From Cycas panzhihuaensis (lineage: Eukaryota; Plantae; Cycadophyta): a stretch of 64,000 nucleotides of DNA. This document shows, piece by piece, positions 55,781 to 64,000 of the stretch. Position 1 is the first letter of the stretch; each line of letters begins with the position of its first letter. The position numbers were made by a program, and so were the translations under genes. The stretch lies in contig CM041465.1 in NCBI GenBank assembly GCA_023213395.1, forward strand, positions 161,517,741 through 161,581,740. Direction: 5' to 3'. The notes beneath the pieces were generated by a model. The model was not told the DNA's origin. It worked only from the letters and a program-made list of their open reading frames with translations, and made no database searches.

Positions 55781-55935
55781 TTGCTTGGTTCATGTATATC
55801 ATTTGGTGGTTCTTTAAATTACTTACAAGTGAACTCTTCCTTGCTTGGTTCATGTATCCTAATTAGTTCTTCTTAAAATTACTTATAAGTGGACTTTAAC
55901 TCACTTAGTTTGTGTATGTGTATAGGTTCTTCTTC
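55781..55935. repeat. 60-bp tandem repeat, ~2.5 copies
   Basis: TTGCTTGGTTCATGTAT...AAATTACTTA(C/T)AAGTG at 55781 and 55841, with a degenerate third copy at 55901. Confidence 0.8.
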
Positions 55936-57221
55936 ATTCTTATTTTCATCTTAATTACTCACATATTTATCTTATTTCACTTGTTGTTTCCTATCTTCTT
56001 TATCTTTATAAAACCTTTCCCCTATATCTTAACTTTGGATATTATTATACTCCTCTAATTCTACTTTGTTCATGATAATAGATACTACTTCATATTATTC
56101 TTTTATTTTCCTTAAATGGTATCACTTGATATCTAATGGATTATATTAATTTATTTGTATTAAATTTTTACAAGATCATATATAAAATATACAAAATAAA
56201 ATGAAATAAGCAAAAATATTTATATAGAAACCCTTTTAGAAAAGAGCATAAGGGAACTTCCTTAATTTTATTAAGTATAACTACCTATACATAATAAATA
56301 TAATTCACCATTAAGCTAGATAATTGTAATGCACTATTAAGTTATCCAAATATAAGTCAATATTATTTTTAACATCCTCCCTATGATATTGACTTGGGAT
56401 TGAATACAAATAAGGCATTATCATCTTGATTTAACTTTTAACTTAAAGTTCATCTTGATGCATATATGCATCACTTTAATTTTTGCCAAATTATCAATAT
56501 TGAAAAGAGTGGATCTATCCTTCATCTCCATGCACTAAACACAAAGGCAAACATGGGAGTAAGAGAGACTTGAGAGAAAGAAAGTAGCTCTCACAAAATG
56601 GGGAGGTAAAGAATGAATCTCCTCCATTGAGCTTTACTTTTATATTGAGAGAGGGAGCATTTGAGTTAGGTGAAATGAAATTACACATAATGCACATGAA
56701 AGTGCATTTCACTTAAGTGATCTAATTTAAAGTTCACTTAAGACCCTTTTTCGAAATAATCAACTAATGTAATGACCTTATGTCATTAACCCTTTTCAAT
56801 CTCCCCCTTAATGGTAGAAGGTCATTTCATTCTATTTTATTCTATCCTATGAGGTCTTCATTTGAGCCTCTTACAAAGCAAACTAGTATGATACTTTTGT
56901 GGGAAACCCTCATGGGAAGAAAACCCACAAATTTTCTAATCTACTAACTGCTCAGTGACTCTTTAAATGTAGCCGATAGCCAATCAAGATAATAAATTTT
57001 GTAGCTGAAATCTCACGAGTCTCCATATACCATTTGGTCATCCCCATGCCCTTTCGGGTTTTCACAGTTCCAATTTTCCAAAATGATACAACCCTTATCC
57101 TTTCGCTACCACATGGGGTTTTCACGAATGGGATAGTCAGAGACTTACTCTTGTCCTTCCGCCCACAAGGGGTTTTCACGAATGAGACAGAGTATGATGG
57201 TCCTATGGTCATCTCCTTCAA

Positions 57222-60200
57222 TCAGTCAGAGATGGAGGCCCTAAGGCTGAGTTGCTTTCGGGCTGCTCAAACTTCACCCTCTTGATTGGTTTGGTGAAGA
57301 TATCGGCCACTTGATCTGCGTGGGCAAGACTCTAATTGAATTGTGCCATCATGAACTAGTTCTCTAATCCACGTGGACTTTTGTACTTATATGTTTGGTA
57401 CGATCATGAAATACAGGATTTTTAGCCATCTGGATTGTAGATTGATTATCAACATGTAAGCTAGTAGAACTTGTTTGGGTGGCATTTAATGTATTCAACA
57501 AGTTTCTAAGCCATATCACCTCCTTGCTTGTCTCGTAAGCGTGATGTACTCGGCTTGATTGAGTGCATCTATCTTATGCCGCCTAGATCTCCATGATATT
57601 GGTGTCGTTCCAAGAAATGTTACGCACTGCACGTAGATCTTCCGTGTCTTTATCTCCCAAAGTCCGAGTCCTGTATGCATAAAGTTTAAATTCTGCATTG
57701 GGTTCATACAACAGACCATATTTGCTAGTCGTCTTTAGGTACCTCAACACTCGTATCGCAGCTTGCCAATGATTCTGCTTAGGATTTGTCATGAATCTTG
57801 CAAGAATGCCGACAGAGTGTGCAATATCTGGCCTTGTGTTGGTAGTATAGATGAGACTACCTACAAGTTACCTGTAGAGTGTCACGTCTGCCTCCCTATT
57901 GTCACCATCAACTGAGAGCTTAATATTAGGCTCCATAGGTGTATCCACTGGTCGAGCACCTTCCAACTGAAACTTTGTCAGAAGATCGTTGATATATTTT
58001 TCTTGGGAGAGAAAGATTTTGCCATCCTTTTGAGTTACTTCAATTCTCAAGTAATATTTCATCAACCCGAGGTCAGACAATTCAAAAGTTTTAGCAAGGT
58101 CCTTCTTCACCGGTGACACTGCTCACTATTCCGCTATGAGCATGTCATCCACAAAGATTAAGAGGTAAGTGACTTTATCATTTTGGCGCTTGATGAATAA
58201 TGTTGCATTAATATCTTGATAGTCAAACCTCATATCCAAGTTGCCTCATTCTTTTAGACAACTTGGTAAACCAAGCACGAGGGCTTGCTTTAGGCCATAC
58301 AAGGACTTTTGAGCCTACAAACTTTATGCTCGACCGTCAATCTCGTATCCTTCCCAGGTGAGCCATGTAAATTTCTTCTTTAAGGTCCCCATTGAGAAAT
58401 GCGGTCTTAACATCGAGTTGGTGGATTTTCCAACCTGTTGAGCGCCCAAGGCTATTAGAGTTTCGATTGTAGGCCACTTGGTTGTAGGAGCAAAGATTTC
58501 GATGTAGTCAATGCCTTCCCTTTCGTGAATCCTTTTGCTACCAACCTCGCCTTGTGTTTTTCTAGGGTGCCATCTGATCTATACTTGTTTTTGAACACCA
58601 ATTTATTTTGAACTACCTTTCTTCCAAGTGGTAGATCAACAAGCTCCCATGTACCGTTCTTAATAAGAGATTGATACTCTTCGTTCATGGCATTTCTCCA
58701 AGTTGCATGCTTTACGACTTCTTGTACGTTAGGGGCTCTTCATTAAGAGCAAGATGCGATTCTCTGGTTCAAGCTCAACGGAAAGTGATTCATGCATCCT
58801 TGCTCTATGGGCACTTCTAGTGCCGGTTTGCCTACCTCATCCGGGTCGCATATCCTTGTGTAGCTGGTAGGCTTCACGAAAACCTCGAGTTGGGAATGAG
58901 GTTTTCATTTCCACAACCTCTTGATCTTCATTTTGATCCTAAAAGGAATCATGTGAAATATTTGGAATGGAGGAAGTTGGCGATCTTTGGAGAAGATGGG
59001 CCGACCACGGATGTTGGAGAAGATGATCCTTCTGCTATGGCTTTGCCTTTGTCAACTTGGTTGTTCACAAATGATGGTGCTGGATGTGTACACATTGGAT
59101 TAGAGTCACAGCTTATATCCTCCGAGGCTCTATTGTCAGATTCCAAGATTTTAAGCATCTGTTCAGCATCTCCCCCCCTAAATTTTGGAATCTGGACATC
59201 AAATTCAGTAGCATCATTAAATCGGTATGAAGGCGTCTTGGAGTCAAGTTTGAGTAATTGATCTTCAGTCTCTGCAAAGATAACATCTCTAGTGATGATG
59301 ATTTTGCGCTCTGAAGGTATAAAAACCTTGTATCCCTTTTTGTCCATAGGGTATCCGACAAAGATGCCTTTGATGGCTCTATCTTGGAGCTTATTTCTAT
59401 GTTCCTGCAAAATATAAGCATAACAAGTAGAGCCAAAAATTATGAAGTGCGAGATAGAGGGGGTTTGTCCATACCACATTTCTTGTGGAGAGGGGCCGAG
59501 CTTGGAGGGACTAACAGTGTTGATGCAATACACAGCCCCGGATAGCCTCGGCCAAAGATAGATATGGACATTCTTATATACCAAAGATAAAGACAAGCCA
59601 TATTCATGATGGTCCTGTTCATATGCTCAGCAACTCCATTTCTTTGGGGTGTACACCTGTGATGGTCCGATGTTTGATTCCACGTTGACGTAGGTAGTGC
59701 GATTCAAACTCATTGGATGTGTACTCGCCACCATTGTCGATCCCGAGTATTTTGATCTTGAATCCATTCATTTTCCACGCGGGCCTTGAAAGCTTGAAAC
59801 ATAGAAAAGCTTCATCTTTCTTTCGCAAGAAAAGCAACCCATACTTTCTTGGTAAAATCATCAATGAAAGTAATATAGTACCACTTACATTTGATAGAAG
59901 GGATGGGCATAGGACCGCATATATCCGAGTGTACAAGCCGCAAAGGTTGGGTAGATTTCACTGACTACGAGGAAAGGGTTGTCTTTGAGATTTAGCAATA
60001 ATACATGCTTCACATTTAAAGGGCTTGGAGGGGAACTTAGGCAAACCAGGAAGAGTGTCTTGTAGTTCTCTTAACGATCAATTTTGATATGGCCCATACG
60101 AGCATGCCATAGAGCTTCTTGGGACAACTTTTGAGGAGTCAGGGTTGTGGTAAAAATAAATTCATCATCAACATAGTTAGCTTCAGAGGATGGTGAGCCG

Positions 60201-61719
60201 CTTAGGCGAAAAAGTTTTCCATCAAGAATTCGGTCATAACCACGGATTTGAAGGAGGGTGAATGACACGTAGAGTTTGATTGTTTGCGATTACACTCAAA
60301 TCAAATCCACGAGAGACAAGGGTGGACAGAGAGCGATTCGCCTGAGGCGAGGAATATATAAAACATCAACAAGTGTAAAATCTGGAAGGCACAGGAGTTT
60401 CAGGCAAACTGTTCCAAGTCCTTCGACTGGCTGAGATGATTTGTCAGCCGTGTGTACAACACCATGAACTTCAGAGTCAAAATCTTGAAAGAATTGGCGA
60501 TGACAAGTCATGTGTTGTGTTGCTCAGATCCATGATCCACGATGAAGTATTTGAGGTAGCACTATTTGCAACTCCAAGTGGTGAAGGCAAAAGTGAATAA
60601 GCATAGCCACAATGAGCCTCAATATACTTAGTGGATTTATCAACAACATTTGATGAAGTGGTCCCAATTCTTTGAAGGTGTGCATGAGCAAATTCGTTCC
60701 ACCAAAAGCATCTTCAAAAGAAGTATTATCAACATTATGTGCACCATGGCGTTGTTGATAACTTGGTAGTTTGTTGGTGGCAGTTCTGCAATTTTTGGCA
60801 TAATGTCCTCTTCTATTACACCTTTGGCACACGATTATTTGATTTCCAGTCCAAGTATTAGGCTGGCTGGATTGTCTCGATTCGGATCTAGGTCCAGGTT
60901 GATTATTTTGCCCTTGGCCTTGAGACTGTTTTTGTTGAAATTGAGGAGCCTGTTGACTAAGAGGACGTTGTCCTTGTTGTCTACCTCTTCCTCTTCCACG
61001 GGAATTACCACCTCTACGAGAATATTGACCTTGATTTTTGGTGTAACAAAGATCTTCTTCCACTTCAAAAGCAGCATCAATTGGATCTGATGTAGTGGCA
61101 AAGTTGGTATCAAAGGTCTTATCAAATTCAATGAACTTATCGGCCAAGATCCTCAAAGTTTAGGGTCTTTAAAGTTCCAGGATTGAAGACTCCCAATAGA
61201 TTTTATAATCGGGATATGGAGACATGGTGAATCAAGAAAGCCCATGTAATGCATTGAGTTTTAAAATCTTTATCAATGGCTTGCTTGATTGGACGAAGGA
61301 GATTGATTGTCTCACTTGCATGTCTTTTCTGCATTTTCAATTTGTTCATCTTCAGCACTAAGTGAACAAATTCTAAGTCTGATTTAGTGTCAAAGTTCTT
61401 CTTAAGAACTTCAAGAACTTTCCATGCTGTATCATGTACAACTTCATCAATGAGATTATGCAGGAATAATCGGTGACAAGCGAGATCCCCGCACGGATTT
61501 TATCATCATCAAGTTCCGTTGGCGTTTAGCTTCAAATGGGAGCATTGGAGCACCTCCTCAAAGCGGTTGGTAGTTGTAGCCGCAATGTGGTGTAGGTTGT
61601 AAGTGATCTCTCCATAGACCTTCATACTTTGCAGCATTTCTGACACCAGTGAACCACATGTCCCAATTTTCTTTCTCTTTTAGAATGCAGTTCACATTTT
61701 GCTTGAACTGTGAAGACAT
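57222..61719 (-). pseudogene. Copia J gag-pol (frameshifted as assembled)
   Basis: Knuckle CQRCNRRGHYAKNC; GAG-pre-integrase LWHARMGH; integrase DNGGEYTSNEF; RT KARLVAKGF; RNase H FHDRTKHI; many 1-bp indels. Confidence 0.9.
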
Positions 61720-61889
61720 TGTGTCTTTTTAGAAGGGAAGAAATGAACAAGGGACTATAAAAGTGATGGTAATAAATGACCGATCACTATTTACAAATGG
61801 GAAATGTAATGAAGTAGTGTAGAAGAAGGAAGAAGAAGTGAGAATGGTTGCTCAAAGATGAAGGGAGCAACTTAGAGAAAAGTCACCAA

Positions 61890-62010
61890 CACTTGTGACA
61901 AATATTAACCTGACGCAGCAGAATATGAGAAGCACTATGATAAAAATTGGCCACTAATACTTGTGGCAAATATTAACCCCGACGCAGCAGAATATGAGAA
62001 GCACTATGAT
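61890..62010. repeat. ~51-bp direct repeat in the leader of J
   Basis: ACTTGTG(A/G)CAAATATTAACC...GACGCAGCAGAATATGAGAAGCACTATGAT occurs twice. Confidence 0.9.
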
Positions 62011-64000
62011 TGTGATTACACTATGGATCACTTTTACAAATAAGTAAGTGATCAATATACAAGATTGTAGGCCAATGTAGAAGTTGACATCATTGGGTTT
62101 ACACAACTTGAAACTCGAATGTAGGATGCGTAATCAACCCAATAACCTCTAACTTGTGTCCAACGTGTAGTTGAGGTTGTTGAAGGATGCCTAGGCTTCT
62201 AGTAGAATTAATTTGGCCTTCACCCGATACCCGCAATCGTGCTTGGTGATGAAATCTAAGTCACAACGTGAGTCAGTACTCCCAATCCTCACCCAGTTCA
62301 CCAATGAGCAGCTATATACCTCCTCTAAAGAGTGGTACGTGCATACCCATGGCTATGATGGATATTGGATTGGGTATATTTTAATCTTGTATTAAAGTTT
62401 TAGTTTTCCTGGTTGGTTATCAGGATGATCCCTGATTGAGGCACGATGGTATGGCTAACCAAACCTCACCAATATTCCGGTTTAGTCCAGTCCCAACTTG
62501 AAACCCACACCTCCTTTATGGCACTAAGATTTCGCCAACCAAGGTATCTCAACCTTGGCGAGTGTGTGAACAGTACAAGATGGCGAAAATAACGACGTGA
62601 TGCGTTCCTTTTAGGAAGAGTGAAAAGATTATCGAATTGCATCAAACGTACATTTAACTGAAAATAATGCTTGCTTGGAGTGCTTTTGGAGTGCTTGCTT
62701 GAAGTGTCTTTGTGTGCTTGCTTTGAGTGATTTTAGAGTGCTGAAATGAAATGATAATAAGTGAGTGAGGACACCGGATATTGCTCTGATCCAGGTGTTT
62801 TTTTTCTCACTTTTACAATGGGCTTTTAAGCCTTATAAAAAGGAAGAAATTTTCTTCACTTTTTTTTTTTTTTTTGTTAATACAAAAAAAGTACTCTTCA
62901 CTAAATCTGCAATAACTTTCTCCCACGATGTTGAAATGGAGTACCGGTTTTTGTGCTGCAAACTAGACTCAGAGCTTCATCTTCAGGAAGTGGAATCAGG
63001 TCCAAATGAGTTCTGGAAAGTTTTTGACAGCTCCGCAAAGTTAGGGAATTATATTTTTCCGTAATTGTTACTAAAAATAATTTGTTCACTAAAACAAAGA
63101 ATAACTTCCTCATACGACATCCAAATTAGGTGCCAATTTTTGCACTAGAAAGTAGACTCAGAGCCCCATCTTTGACAATTGGATCACTTCAATTAGATCT
63201 CTGTAGAAGATTTTGCAGACCTGTGAAGTTCAGTAATCAAATTATATTTCTGCAGAAATTTCAGCTTGCTAATATCTCATTAACACATGATACCATATGA
63301 AATTTCCATCATTTTTTTATCACCAGGATCCCAATATGGGCAAGGTGAGAGCATACAATGATAGATATTTTCAATGGCTCAAAATTCTTTAAAAAAATGG
63401 GTAAAACTCCCTTACAATCATTCTTCTAAATGCCGGAAAAATTTTGAGATTTCCCTTGTTAAATGGACAAAAAGGAAAAGAAAAGAAGAATGAGATAGCA
63501 TGAATGGCCAGCAAAGGATTGGAATCCTTGGGCCTTACAACTCCTTGTATTATGCTTCCAAACCTGCAAAAGAGAAAGGAAAAGCAAACAATACAAAATA
63601 TGCTATCATAATAACTTGAAAATATTTCTAAATTCACTTTCACAATCTCCTTCACCACATGGATTGTGGGAAGAAGGAAGTGATGGCTCCATTGCAAGTG
63701 CAAGTGGGGAATATGAAGGAAGTAAGCTCTCGATACCACATGAAAAGAGTGGATCTATCCTTCATCTCCATGCACTAAACACAAAGGCAAACATGGGAGC
63801 AAGAGAGACTTGAGAGAAAGAAAGTAGCTCTCACAAAATGGGGAGGTAAAGAATGAATCTCCTCCATTGAGCTTTACTTTTATATTGAGAGAGGGAGCAT
63901 TTGAGTTAGGTGAAATGAAATTACACATAATGCACATGAAAGTGCATTTCACTTAAGTGATCTAATTTAAAGTTCACTTAAGACCCTTTTTCGAAATAAT

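Larger units (their letters stand above)
56501..64000 (-). mobile_element. Element J: very young full-length Ty1/Copia (the 5' LTR runs off the window)
   Basis: 3' LTR 56501-56798; 5' LTR 63741->64000 with 1 mismatch in 260 bp (56560 T / 63800 C); PPT 56799-56810; PBS 63725-63738 (with one extra base). Confidence 0.96.

Noticed and set aside
63389-63952. ORFs in J's leader and LTR (116 aa with FFFSFPFCPFN; an identical 65-aa ORF in both LTRs)
   Set aside because: The FPF resemblance to LAX is superficial, and the duplicated ORF simply reflects LTR identity.
21997-64000. Most elements in the putative intron are sense to the LAX gene
   Set aside because: There are too few independent insertions to be meaningful, and G and H are in the opposite orientation.

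Overview
This is AT-rich nuclear DNA from a large-genome vascular plant (gymnosperm- or fern-like; the taxon is an inference). It consists almost entirely of nested LTR retrotransposons of very different ages. From left to right: (A) the 5' end of a minus-strand Copia-like element; (B) a CRM-like Gypsy into whose protease a full Copia (C, TSD GAAGT) inserted; (D) an older Gypsy that hosts B; and a CpG-rich L1-like 3' fragment. The only recognisable host-gene sequence follows: the terminal coding exon of an AUX1/LAX auxin-influx carrier (21033-21215, minus strand). I found no upstream exon in the remaining ~43 kb, which implies a giant TE-filled intron or an orphan exon. That ~43 kb contains (E) a 2.07-kb gag-only LTR element with an intact 234-aa ORF, (F) a young chromovirus lacking its whole integrase and inserted into a tRNA-derived SINE, a composite Tat/Ogre-like Gypsy region (I), an old Copia (G) inside a putative solo LTR (H), a second degenerate gag-only element (K), and a very young Copia (J, LTRs 259/260 identical). 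The best leads are the E/F/K group sharing a covarying PPT-adjacent hairpin, the giant-intron LAX exon, and a conserved structured motif in the long leaders of two Copia families. All alignments, translations and folds were done by eye; no database search was run.
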